From positions 321,304 to 385,303 of the forward strand of contig CP060230.1 in the NCBI GenBank assembly GCA_023898605.1: a stretch of DNA of 64,000 nucleotides. Direction: 5' to 3'. Source of the DNA: Candidatus Nomurabacteria bacterium (GTDB lineage: Bacteria; Patescibacteriota; Minisyncoccia; Phycocordibacterales; UBA9973). Below the pieces are notes generated by a model. That model ran no database searches. It had not been told where the DNA came from and saw nothing but the letters and a program-made list of their open reading frames with translations. Within the stretch, counting starts at the first letter, position 1. The number at the start of each line of letters is the position of its first letter. Below, piece by piece: positions 45,357 through 53,916 of this stretch. The translations under genes were made by a program, and so were the position numbers.

Positions 45357-46673
45357 TTAGTGTTTGTGAGGTTTTACGTTCTGGCTCCACTTGTGCGAAG
45401 TCTTTGATATCTTTGTTATATCTCTAGGATAAAAGACGTTGATAGTCCAATCAAGTGCAATCTTGAATTTCTTGGATTTGGAAATAAACTTGAAAAGATA
45501 AACTGTTCTCCAGATAAACCAAGCAAGTGGACCAACTATAGCAAAACCAAACACATCTCCAGCTGCATGCCACTGACCGAGAGAGATAAGCTCGCCTTTT
45601 AGTTTCAAACTAAATTCTCTTCTTTCTTTTTCTCCTTTTTCCATATTGCTTATCTCTTTTGCAACATGTCTCGCTTCTTTTACTGCAACTTGTGCCAAGT
45701 TCGGATAAAAACTACCCTTCTCATCCTGTGCACCAGAAACATCTCCTATTGCAAAAACATCTGTCTCTCCTACGACACGAAGTGTTTTATCTACCTTGAC
45801 CTTGCCGTTGTCATATGCAAAATCTTGTTTATTTTCAAAATCTGGAGTGTTTGGCAAAACTCCTGCGGTCCAAAGTACAGTTCTAGACCAAATCCTCTCT
45901 CCTGTACTCAAGACGACTCCGTGCTCGTCAACCTTGGAAACCATTTTTCCGAGCATGACATCGACGCCAGACTTGGTCAGTGATTTGTGAGCAAATTTCC
46001 TAACCTTTCTTTTGAAGTACGGTATGAGGTCTGTACTAGAAGAGATAAGGGTTACTTTTATATCTTCATAAGAAATACCCTCTCCACCATATAGCTCTAG
46101 AAATGTCCCGAAACAAAGTTCGGCCATTTCTGCTGCCATCTCAACTCCGGTAGCACCACCTCCAACAATAACAAAAGAAAGCATTTCTCTTTTTGCTTCA
46201 ATGTTTTTTGTTTCGGCAGCTTCTTGAAATATAGATATAAATCTATTCTTTAAGTGTTCTCCGTCGCCTAGTGTTTTCAAAACATATGCGTTTTCTTCTA
46301 CGCCAGATATAGCATAAGAACAAGTCTTGGCTCCAGTTGCTACAACTAGATAGTCGTAGTGAACTTCGTTTGAACCAACCATAAGAGTTTTCTTGCTTGT
46401 ATTTATTTGGCCAGCTTCACCTTGAAGAACCTTGGTGGACTCATAATCAGTTATTGTTCTTATTGGCTCAACTATACTATGAGAATCTAGCGACCCAGTC
46501 GCAACTTCGTGAAGTAGTGGCGTAAAAAGAAAATGATTTTCTGGCGAAACAATCGTATATCTAATGCTTCTACCTAGATATTTGAATAATCTTCTATATA
46601 CATATACACCTCCAAATCCAGAACCGAGTATAACTACGTTCTTTCTATTTTCTCTTTTCATTAGCATATTCAT
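45357..46673 (-). CDS. ndh: Type II NADH dehydrogenase / FAD-dependent pyridine nucleotide-disulfide oxidoreductase
   Basis: N-terminal VVILGSGFGGV plus a second GG motif IVGGGATGVE; 438 aa. Confidence 0.7.
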   Translation of the reverse strand: MNMLMKRENRKNVVILGSGFGGVYVYRRLFKYLGRSIRYTIVSPENHFLFTPLLHEVATGSLDSHSIVEPIRTITDYESTKVLQGEAGQINTSKKTLMVGSNEVHYDYLVVATGAKTCSYAISGVEENAYVLKTLGDGEHLKNRFISIFQEAAETKNIEAKREMLSFVIVGGGATGVEMAAEMAELCFGTFLELYGGEGISYEDIKVTLISSSTDLIPYFKRKVRKFAHKSLTKSGVDVMLGKMVSKVDEHGVVLSTGERIWSRTVLWTAGVLPNTPDFENKQDFAYDNGKVKVDKTLRVVGETDVFAIGDVSGAQDEKGSFYPNLAQVAVKEARHVAKEISNMEKGEKERREFSLKLKGELISLGQWHAAGDVFGFAIVGPLAWFIWRTVYLFKFISKSKKFKIALDWTINVFYPRDITKISKTSHKWSQNVKPHKH

Positions 46674-46707
46674 ATAATACTTTATTTATATTTCAAAAAA
46701 TAGTTAT

Positions 46708-47493
46708 TTATATAAGAGAATTGAGACCATCAAATTTGTCAAAAGGAACTACAATCCTCACAACTCCTAGCGAATAAGATCCGATCTGATAAGGGTTAAA
46801 GAAGAACTCAAATCCATCACTAGTTAGTGTAAATATTTCGAAGTTGTAATCATATGGCTTTATACCATTCTTGTCATAAGAAGAATCCATTTCTCTGAAA
46901 TATTTGTCTAATTCTGACTCCAAAACTTTACTCACCTCTAGTAAATATAGCGACCCCGGCCTAAAGAAATCTTTTAATTCTATGGTTCTACCAGAAGATC
47001 TGTCGAAATTGTATGATTCGAAATAATTGTACTCGTGTGTAGCTCCAGCCTCAAATCCAGAAAAAGAAAGTAGTAAACTTATAACGTCGCTATTCATATA
47101 CGGCTCTTCATAAGATATATAGAGCGAACTATTTTCTTCTCCTATTACAGTTCCTCCCTCATAAGAAAGATTATTTTCGATGAAGTTGTCTATCTTTTCT
47201 GTTACAACGGCTTCTATTTTCTGATTTATATTATCTTCAACTTCTTTGTCCAGTCCAGAAAAAGATGGATATTTTACATCTATAACGTAACCGTCTCCGG
47301 AAGACACGGCGACCATTTCTGTCACAAGAACTTCTTGGTCAGAATCTTGTTTTTGGTTATTAGCGTCCTCATGTTCTATCTTATATTCTTCTGTTATGAG
47401 TTTGGTTTTGTAATACAAAAAACCAGCCAAAACAACGAAGAAAGTCGTCAAAAAGGCAATAAAACTATAGATGAATTTAGTTTTCTTGTTCAT
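46708..47493 (-). CDS. Hypothetical membrane-anchored protein (DUF3298/DUF4163-like)
   Basis: Start moved to the internal MNKKTKFIYSFIAFLTTFFVVLAGFLYY signal-anchor to avoid overlap. Paralogous in architecture to the next gene. Confidence 0.4.
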   Translation of the reverse strand: MNKKTKFIYSFIAFLTTFFVVLAGFLYYKTKLITEEYKIEHEDANNQKQDSDQEVLVTEMVAVSSGDGYVIDVKYPSFSGLDKEVEDNINQKIEAVVTEKIDNFIENNLSYEGGTVIGEENSSLYISYEEPYMNSDVISLLLSFSGFEAGATHEYNYFESYNFDRSSGRTIELKDFFRPGSLYLLEVSKVLESELDKYFREMDSSYDKNGIKPYDYNFEIFTLTSDGFEFFFNPYQIGSYSLGVVRIVVPFDKFDGLNSLI

Positions 47494-47545
47494 CAACCAA
47501 ATTATACCACTATTTGTATTTTTGGGATTTTGTTTTGTACAGGTG

Positions 47546-48271
47546 TTATGATCCCCTTTCTTCTTCTGGTACAAGGTACAAGATTTTGACTCCGTTTTCC
47601 TTTGAATACTCAAAAGCAAATGTTGCTTTTTCTCTTATATGTCCATCTTCGTATATAACAGTTCCCACTCTTTCTCTTGGGTCTACAAATGTAGAAACGG
47701 TATAAAACTCTCCTCCCAAAACTCCACTTCCAGCAAGTTCACCTATGTTTTCTTGTATATACTCTGCAACATCTGTTTTTGTATCCAGATCAAAACAATC
47801 TATAGAGTCTAATGACATAGAGTAAGATAGAGTTTCTGGACTTGAATAGAAGTATTCTCCATTTCTTTCTTCCATTTCACCAGCAGCTAGTTCTATATGA
47901 TCATAATACATCTTCATATATAATTCTTCGTCCACATTCATACCCTCGGCAGAAGAGCTCCATACTGATTTTATAAAATCATACGAAGTCGCATCAGAAA
48001 GTGTTCCGCTTATGGATCCCGTTTTTTTATCTTTCTCAGACGGCAAGAAGCTAACTTCTCCAGATATATCACCTTCGTCGTTTGTCAGATCTACTATATA
48101 CCTATCGTACAAATCACCACTCTGTGTTTCGTTCAAGAAACAGTATCTTTGTGGCTGTGGTTTTTCTACAACCTCACTTTGTGGTTCTGGTTTTAGTACA
48201 AAAAACACAACAACCAAAAACGCGATTGCTAAAAATCCTAGAAATATATTGAGTGTTTTTTTATTTTCCAT
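47546..48271 (-). CDS. Hypothetical membrane-anchored or secreted protein
   Basis: 241 aa with an N-terminal anchor LNIFLGFLAIAFLVVVFFVL. Confidence 0.4.
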   Translation of the reverse strand: MENKKTLNIFLGFLAIAFLVVVFFVLKPEPQSEVVEKPQPQRYCFLNETQSGDLYDRYIVDLTNDEGDISGEVSFLPSEKDKKTGSISGTLSDATSYDFIKSVWSSSAEGMNVDEELYMKMYYDHIELAAGEMEERNGEYFYSSPETLSYSMSLDSIDCFDLDTKTDVAEYIQENIGELAGSGVLGGEFYTVSTFVDPRERVGTVIYEDGHIREKATFAFEYSKENGVKILYLVPEEERGS

Positions 48272-48275
48272 AATA

Positions 48276-48845
48276 TTATATAAGCCCTAGAGCTCTAGCT
48301 ACGAAGCTTGCAAAAGGATCAACATCGACTCCGTAAACTATTATACCACCCAATGCTCCTGTTATAGAAACTAAAATAAGTCCTCCTATAGAAAGAAGGG
48401 TCATCAATACACTGTTTGTACCTATAAAAAGTAGTGCTTTATAAACAAAAGAAAATATTTTTTTCAAAAAAGAAAGTCTTCTTTCTAAAAATCCAAATAT
48501 TTGATTCTTGAGCGCGATTCTTTTTTCTATAAAAAGAACTATATATATCACCAAAATAAAAACGAAGAAGCTTGCTGTAAACTCAGCATAATGTTCGTGG
48601 ACTTTTATAAACTCTATCTTATTTTGCAAATCATCAACTGCGTTTATAGCACTCTCGCCACTCATAAGAGCAAGTCTTGTTCCCAAAAAACCAATCAAAA
48701 GTAAAAATGATTTTATATAAAACCAAGTATTCGAGAATTTTAATCTTCTAATTGTGAAAATCTCTGCTAATGCATATATGGTCAAAAATGCTATAGGCAA
48801 GTGGACCAAAATAGGATGTGTATTCATAACGAAAAGATTATACAC
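48276..48845 (-). CDS. Integral membrane protein
   Basis: 189 aa with 5 predicted TM helices. Confidence 0.45.
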   Translation of the reverse strand: MYNLFVMNTHPILVHLPIAFLTIYALAEIFTIRRLKFSNTWFYIKSFLLLIGFLGTRLALMSGESAINAVDDLQNKIEFIKVHEHYAEFTASFFVFILVIYIVLFIEKRIALKNQIFGFLERRLSFLKKIFSFVYKALLFIGTNSVLMTLLSIGGLILVSITGALGGIIVYGVDVDPFASFVARALGLI

Positions 48846-48933
48846 CCAAAATACTAGTTTGGCGAAGTGCGGAGACGGAGGGATAGTTCGACAGGCTCAC
48901 TATTAAAAAGTTCCGATCTCACACCGTCAACAA

Positions 48934-49206
48934 CTAAGTGCTTTTACTTAGTTGAATTAATAAATCTTTATTTCCATCTATCAACGCTTTCTTTTTTGCT
49001 TTTGACCACCCTTTGATTTGTTTTTCTCTTTTTTCAGCCAGATTTCTAGTGTGTAGATTTTCTGTATACACTAGCTCTACTGAGTTAAATTTACTCGTAA
49101 ATTTTGACTGCTTGTTTTTATGCTGAAAAAATCTCCGTTCAAGATTGTCTGTCATTCCTGTATAATACATTTCTTGGTTGCAAAAAAGTATATATACAAA
49201 CCACAT
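48934..49206 (-). CDS. Small GIY-YIG nuclease-domain protein (third paralog in the window)
   Basis: MWFVYILFCNQEMYYTGMTDNLERRFFQHKNK...; 90 aa. Located between junction 1 and junction 2 of the island. Confidence 0.65.
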   Translation of the reverse strand: MWFVYILFCNQEMYYTGMTDNLERRFFQHKNKQSKFTSKFNSVELVYTENLHTRNLAEKREKQIKGWSKAKKKALIDGNKDLLIQLSKST

Positions 49207-49242
49207 GAATCAATTATACGCAAAGCACTGAGCTTGTCGAAG

Positions 49243-49445
49243 TGCGGTGTTTGTTGGACAAAGTTCGAAGCTATTTCGAGCAAAATCCAAACGATTAAAA
49301 CTAATAAAATGGACTCGGCAGGGCGAAACAATTTGTCTGGGGGAATGGATTCGCCCTGCCTCGGCTGATTTCCCGCCCGCAGGAGGGGTCTGGGGAGGAA
49401 TGCGGGCGGGTTTCGGACTGGGGTTTTTCGGAAATTCAGCGGCTA
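49243..49445 (+). repeat. 203-bp inverted-repeat arm of the island (member of the 200-nt repeat family)
   Basis: Near-identical reverse complement of 52017-52219. Begins with the TGCGG core at 49243-49247 and contains the GC-rich hairpin CCCGCCCGCA...TGCGGGCGGG. Confidence 0.85.
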
Positions 49446-50837
49446 TGATTTTGGTATTGCTGGAAAATCAACAATTTTCCCAACACTATTTTTTATAACA
49501 TCTCGGCAACTTTTTGCAAAAACTTTATTGTTTGATTCTTTTATATATTTTGCAACACGAAAAAGGTCAGTTGTTCTTACCAAAGCACAATTTGAAGATT
49601 TTGCTGTAGTTATACATTTGGTTGTAAACTGTTCTGCTCGCTCGGATGGTTTTGTGAGTCGAAAGCCATTTCCAAATAGAATACCGACCGCAGGGTTTTC
49701 CACTTCATCTCTTTGCAAGTCTTCCTGAATATTTACTGCAAGTTGTCTAAACTTATCAATATTGACTGCGGAAGTGTCTTTACCCTCTGCTTCGCCGATA
49801 AAACGATCTCCCTCTGGCGAGGTGATAACATGATCTAATTCAAGATTTCCGTCATTATAATTTTCTGCCTTATAACCTAAAATCTCTAAGGCGGTAGTGA
49901 TTGCAGTTTCAAGCACTTTTCCTTTTTCAAATAGTAAATCTCTTAACTTAATTTCTTCATCAATCTTTGTTAGTAGCTCATTCTTTTGTAAAATCAGTTT
50001 CTCAATTTCTTTTGTTTTCTTTTCAACTTCATTTTTTAAAATCTGCTCTTGTGCTAATTGGTAATCCGTTTCATTCGTCCAATCTGGTGGCGGGGTTTTA
50101 TCTCCTCCTTTACGGAGAGCTTTATCAATATCAACAAGCGCCTTAACTAAAGATTTTCCAAATTGCGTTGCTTCTTTTGTCCAATATTCTTTTTTATCCT
50201 TGCCTTTAATTTCAGTAAACTTTTTCTCATCATAATTTATGTAGGGCAAAACAATTATGTTTCCATTTTTGACTTTATAAATTGCACCTAAAATCTTTGT
50301 TTTATCCTTGCCCGTAAAAAGAACCTGTGCACCTGTTGCGTTTTCTATATAAAGCTGGTACTCCAAACTTTTCTTGAATTTTTCATTAAAATCACTAAAC
50401 ACTGTATTTCCCGAAAATTCAACATGTTTTCCAGAGGCGGAAGTTAATGAGCCAATATTGATCGGCAAAAAAGCGTAGTTGTTATACATTTCCGTATGAA
50501 AAGTATTTTGCCCCTTTCTTTCCGATGAAACGCTACTGGCAAGCTGATATTCTTCTTTATTCGTTAAAAGAATAAAAACATTTTTCCCCGCATTTAAATA
50601 ATCTTCAATCTCTTTTCTTAAACGTGATATTTTTTGTTTGTAAGCTTGCGAAGCCGAAACATTGTAGCAACCTCCATCGCTTGTAGTGAAGCTAACCCAA
50701 TCTCCTCTTGGCACTAATGAATCAGGCGAAATCAATAGAATATCAGCATCCATCAAAGACTTACCATCGTAAAAATCAACGAGATTTGTGTCGAATGTTG
50801 GTATCGTATATCCAATTGTGAATATCTGATTTTCCAT
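49443..50837 (-). CDS. Hypothetical island cargo protein: unknown N-terminal domain, coiled-coil and possible PD-(D/E)xK-like C-terminus
   Basis: Start set at MENQIFTIGY (ATG 50835-50837), two nucleotides after the EamA stop. The central region is K/E-rich and helical. The C-terminus ...ELDHVITSPEGDRFIGEAEGKD... fits a D...ExK pattern. Confidence 0.45.
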   Translation of the reverse strand: MENQIFTIGYTIPTFDTNLVDFYDGKSLMDADILLISPDSLVPRGDWVSFTTSDGGCYNVSASQAYKQKISRLRKEIEDYLNAGKNVFILLTNKEEYQLASSVSSERKGQNTFHTEMYNNYAFLPINIGSLTSASGKHVEFSGNTVFSDFNEKFKKSLEYQLYIENATGAQVLFTGKDKTKILGAIYKVKNGNIIVLPYINYDEKKFTEIKGKDKKEYWTKEATQFGKSLVKALVDIDKALRKGGDKTPPPDWTNETDYQLAQEQILKNEVEKKTKEIEKLILQKNELLTKIDEEIKLRDLLFEKGKVLETAITTALEILGYKAENYNDGNLELDHVITSPEGDRFIGEAEGKDTSAVNIDKFRQLAVNIQEDLQRDEVENPAVGILFGNGFRLTKPSERAEQFTTKCITTAKSSNCALVRTTDLFRVAKYIKESNNKVFAKSCRDVIKNSVGKIVDFPAIPKS

Positions 50838-50839
50838 AG

Positions 50840-51730
50840 CTATACCAGTAAAATATAAACACCTGCAAACATAATTACTGCCCCGATAGATTTCTTTATC
50901 AGCACAGAAGTAGAAATATCCTCTTTGATAATGTGCGGAATAAAGAGTGTTAGTAGTATGCCAATTAGTATTGCGTAAAAGGACTGAACCTGCATAACAA
51001 CAGTAACTAACCCAGCAGATGGAGCTATAGCAAGAGCTTTCTTGATACTCATTTGACCGAAAAAGTCCAAGACATTGTTCCATGAAAACCAAATGTATTT
51101 TCCTGCTCTTGCAGTTCTAATTCCTTCAATGACTTGTTTGCGTATTGACGGAATAATAAACATTGTTAGTCCTGCTAAAGCAGAACCCAAATTGTCGAGC
51201 ATAAAATAATCCCAAAATGACATTTTCGTTAGCCCGTAATCTATGAGCAAAGTCATTATTGACCACATCAAAATCGCTATCAGTATCATCCCGAAACCCT
51301 TTATGAATATGCCTTTACTTTTTTCAAACGAGACAATCGTTGCGCCAACTAGAACAATCACGAATCCCAAAAGTTCATTTGAGGATAGTGTTTGACCCAA
51401 AAAAGTAAAGGCGAGTATTACAGTAATGACAGGAATGAGTTTAAAAAGAATCACAAGGGAAGATGTATCACCTTGTTCGAGAGCTTTTCCATAGAAGCCA
51501 TAGGAATAAATAAGTATCATTCCTGTTGCGATTGATATCAAAGAAAAAATATCGAGTTCTGGTCTTCCTGCAAAAATGAATATTCCCGCAAAGAATATCC
51601 AGCTAGTTATTGTTGAAAAGAAAACGAAATCAAAAATCCCTTTTGTATATTTACCGAGAATATATTTGTCCACAAAATTAGATGAAGCCCAAAATAGTGG
51701 CGCGAGTAGTGAGAGAAAAATCCAGCTCAT
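50840..51730 (-). CDS. EamA/DMT-family transporter
   Basis: 296 aa with 10 TM helices and a duplicated EamA pattern. Confidence 0.7.
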   Translation of the reverse strand: MSWIFLSLLAPLFWASSNFVDKYILGKYTKGIFDFVFFSTITSWIFFAGIFIFAGRPELDIFSLISIATGMILIYSYGFYGKALEQGDTSSLVILFKLIPVITVILAFTFLGQTLSSNELLGFVIVLVGATIVSFEKSKGIFIKGFGMILIAILMWSIMTLLIDYGLTKMSFWDYFMLDNLGSALAGLTMFIIPSIRKQVIEGIRTARAGKYIWFSWNNVLDFFGQMSIKKALAIAPSAGLVTVVMQVQSFYAILIGILLTLFIPHIIKEDISTSVLIKKSIGAVIMFAGVYILLV

Positions 51731-51731
51731 A

Positions 51732-51935
51732 TTATTTAATTAGCTCCTCAATATCAACATTGAGAGCTTTGGCTATTTTACTCACCACAAAAACCGAAGG
51801 TTTTTTGATGACACCTGTTTCGACCTTTGTAAGCGTTGTATAGGGGACATCCGCTTTACGAGCAAAATCGTCTTGAGAAAGACCTAATTTTGTCCGTAGT
51901 TTCTTGATTTTCTGTCCTAGTTGGTTACTTTCCAT
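51732..51935 (-). CDS. XRE-family helix-turn-helix transcriptional regulator
   Basis: ...LGQKIKKLRTKLGLSQDDFARKADVPYTTLTKVETG...; 67 aa. Confidence 0.75.
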   Translation of the reverse strand: MESNQLGQKIKKLRTKLGLSQDDFARKADVPYTTLTKVETGVIKKPSVFVVSKIAKALNVDIEELIK

Positions 51936-52016
51936 ATATTGATAACATAATACTGTTGCTTGTTTTCGCTTGCAGTATTATAATAACAAATATGAGAGAT
52001 TTATTCAATAATTTTG

Positions 52017-52219
52017 TAGCCGCTGAATTTCCGAAAAACCCCAGTCCGAAACCCGCCCGCATTCCTCCCCAGACCCCTCCTGCGGGCGGGAAATCAGCCG
52101 AGGCAGGGCGAATCCATTCCCCCAGACAAATTGTTTCGCCCTGCCGAGTCCATTTTATTAGTTTTAATCGTTTGGATTTTGCTCGAAATAGCTTCGAACT
52201 TTGTCCAACAAACACCGCA
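52017..52219 (-). repeat. 203-bp inverted-repeat arm, the partner of 49243-49445
   Basis: Reverse complement of 49243-49445. Ends on an ACCGCA core at 52214-52219 that is shared with the next repeat. Confidence 0.85.
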
Positions 52220-52333
52220 TCAAATCGGAATTCAAATTTCCGCCCAAAATATGGTCGGCGCGAAGCGCCGTCTGTTCTGAATTCCCCCCAAAAAATCCTG
52301 AATCTGCAAGGATTCGCCACGCTCCGCGTGGCT
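52215..52333 (-). repeat. 120-bp inverted-repeat arm, the partner of 53734-53853
   Basis: Reverse complement of the sequence immediately left of the tRNA-Ser junction. Contains the hairpin GCCACGC-GGAG-CGTGGC. Confidence 0.85.
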
Positions 52334-52353
52334 CCTCGTTTGCCAATACAATT

Positions 52354-53916
52354 ATGAAAAATCAAACCAAAAAGTTTTTTATTTATACTCGCAAGTCTAC
52401 GGACGACAAAGACAGACAAGTTCGCAGTATTTCTGATCAGTTAGCAGAACTGAAAGATTTGGCGTTAAAAGAACAACTGGAAATTGTTGATGTCTTTGTC
52501 GAAAAACAGACCGCCAAAATACCAGGTCGCCCAGTATTTAACGAAATGTTGGAAAGAATGGAAAAAGGCGAAGCATCTGGTATTTTGGCGTGGCACCCCG
52601 ATAGACTTGCAAGAAACAGCGTTGATGGTGGAAAAATTATTTATCTTGTTGATACCGAGATTATTCAAGATTTGAAATTCTCAACTTTTTGGTTTGATCC
52701 GACACCGCAAGGAAAATTCATGCTCTCAATTGCTTTTTCGCAATCCAAGTATTATGTGGACAACTTATCCGAAAACATAAAGCGAGGTCATCGCAACAAA
52801 GTGAAAGATGGAATATGGCCTCAAATGGCTCCACTTGGATATGTAAATAAAAATAGAAAGATTGTTCCCGATGAGAATATTGCACCTTTAATCAAGAAAA
52901 CATTTGAGGCATATTCTTCTGGATCTTTCACTTTGCGACAACTTCGCGACAAATTTAATGAACTTGGATTGAAGCGAAAAAGCGGAAAGGAGCTTGCGGT
53001 GTCGAATTATCAAAAACTTTTGAAAAATCCTATATACACAGGGCTAATGCTTTACAATGGCGAAATCCACGAGGGTAAGCACGAACCGATTATTACAAAG
53101 AAACTTTTTGACTCCGTTCAGGAAGTGATGATGAGAAAATCTAAACCTCACTCGAAAGGTCTAAAACCATTTTTATATAGAGGATTTTTCCGTTGCGGAG
53201 AATGTGGCTGTTTTATCACTACCGAAACACAAAAGGGTCATAACTATTTGCGATGTACCAAACGGAAAAATCCTTGCTCGCAAAAATACACTCGTGAGGA
53301 AATCATCACTTCCGAAATTCAAAAAGAAATCAAAAAAGTTTCTTTGCCAGACAATTGGGCTAAATGGATGTTAGCTGAAAACGAAAAGGATAAATTGGTT
53401 GAAGCCCAATCGTCTACGCTTTTTGCGGATTCAACAAAAGCCGATATTTCTCTTTTGGATTCCAAGATTGAGAAGCTGATGAACGCTTACCTAGAGAACG
53501 CACTTTCACTAGACGAATATCGAGATATGAAAAACAAACTTGTGAACGAAAAACAGCTTCTCAAAGAGAAATTATCAGCTTTTGAGCAAAAAGCGAATAA
53601 TCGGTTCGAACTTACCGAAAAGTTTTTGAAATACAATATAGAATTGGCAAACGAGGGAATAAATGAAGAGAAACTTCATTTATTCAAAAAAGTCGGTTCG
53701 AACTTTATTATTGAAGCTCGAACCGTACTTTTTGAGCCACGCGGAGCGTGGCGAATCCTTGCAGATTCAGGATTTTTTGGGGGGAATTCAGAACAGACGG
53801 CGCTTCGCGCCGACCATATTTTGGGCGGAAATTTGAATTCCGATTTGATGCGGAGACGGAGGGATTCGAACCCTCGAAGGCTTTCACCTTGCCACCTTTC
53901 CAAGATGGTGCACTAG
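52354..53916 (+). CDS. Large serine recombinase (resolvase/invertase N-terminal domain, recombinase domain, zinc ribbon and coiled-coil)
   Basis: Start set at MKNQTKKFFIYTRKSTDDKDRQ... (ATG 52354). ...ILAWHPDRLARN... is the resolvase catalytic domain; CGECGCF...C is the zinc ribbon. The last roughly 60 codons run through the right 120-bp repeat and into the tRNA, so the true C-terminus is uncertain. Confidence 0.75.
   Translation: MKNQTKKFFIYTRKSTDDKDRQVRSISDQLAELKDLALKEQLEIVDVFVEKQTAKIPGRPVFNEMLERMEKGEASGILAWHPDRLARNSVDGGKIIYLVDTEIIQDLKFSTFWFDPTPQGKFMLSIAFSQSKYYVDNLSENIKRGHRNKVKDGIWPQMAPLGYVNKNRKIVPDENIAPLIKKTFEAYSSGSFTLRQLRDKFNELGLKRKSGKELAVSNYQKLLKNPIYTGLMLYNGEIHEGKHEPIITKKLFDSVQEVMMRKSKPHSKGLKPFLYRGFFRCGECGCFITTETQKGHNYLRCTKRKNPCSQKYTREEIITSEIQKEIKKVSLPDNWAKWMLAENEKDKLVEAQSSTLFADSTKADISLLDSKIEKLMNAYLENALSLDEYRDMKNKLVNEKQLLKEKLSAFEQKANNRFELTEKFLKYNIELANEGINEEKLHLFKKVGSNFIIEARTVLFEPRGAWRILADSGFFGGNSEQTALRADHILGGNLNSDLMRRRRDSNPRRLSPCHLSKMVH
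53734..53853 (+). repeat. 120-bp inverted-repeat arm abutting tRNA-Ser(GGA)
   Basis: See 52215-52333. Confidence 0.85.

Larger units (their letters stand above)
48863..53853. mobile_element. Roughly 5-kb integrated island at the tRNA-Ser(GGA) 3' end. It carries a large serine recombinase, nested long inverted repeats and cargo genes.
   Basis: The 17-nt direct repeat TGCGGAGACGGAGGGAT at 48868-48884 duplicates the tRNA 3' end at 53849-53865. Four junctions share a TGCGG core in attB/attL/attP(inv)/attR-like arm combinations. The recombinase gene abuts the tRNA. Confidence 0.55.

Noticed and set aside
49120-49498. Plus-strand ORFs 49120-49368 and 49247-49498 inside the 203-bp repeat arm; their mirror copies on the other arm
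   Set aside because: They are repeat-encoded, duplicated in inverted orientation, and Gly/Arg-rich from the GC-rich hairpins. Chance ORFs of a structured repeat are the most parsimonious reading.
52201-52353. N-terminal 51-aa extension of the recombinase ORF (ORF-track start at 52201), and the antisense ORF 51925-52419
   Set aside because: The extension is encoded entirely by the 120-bp inverted-repeat arm. The conserved resolvase domain starts right after the internal Met at 52354, which was taken as the start.
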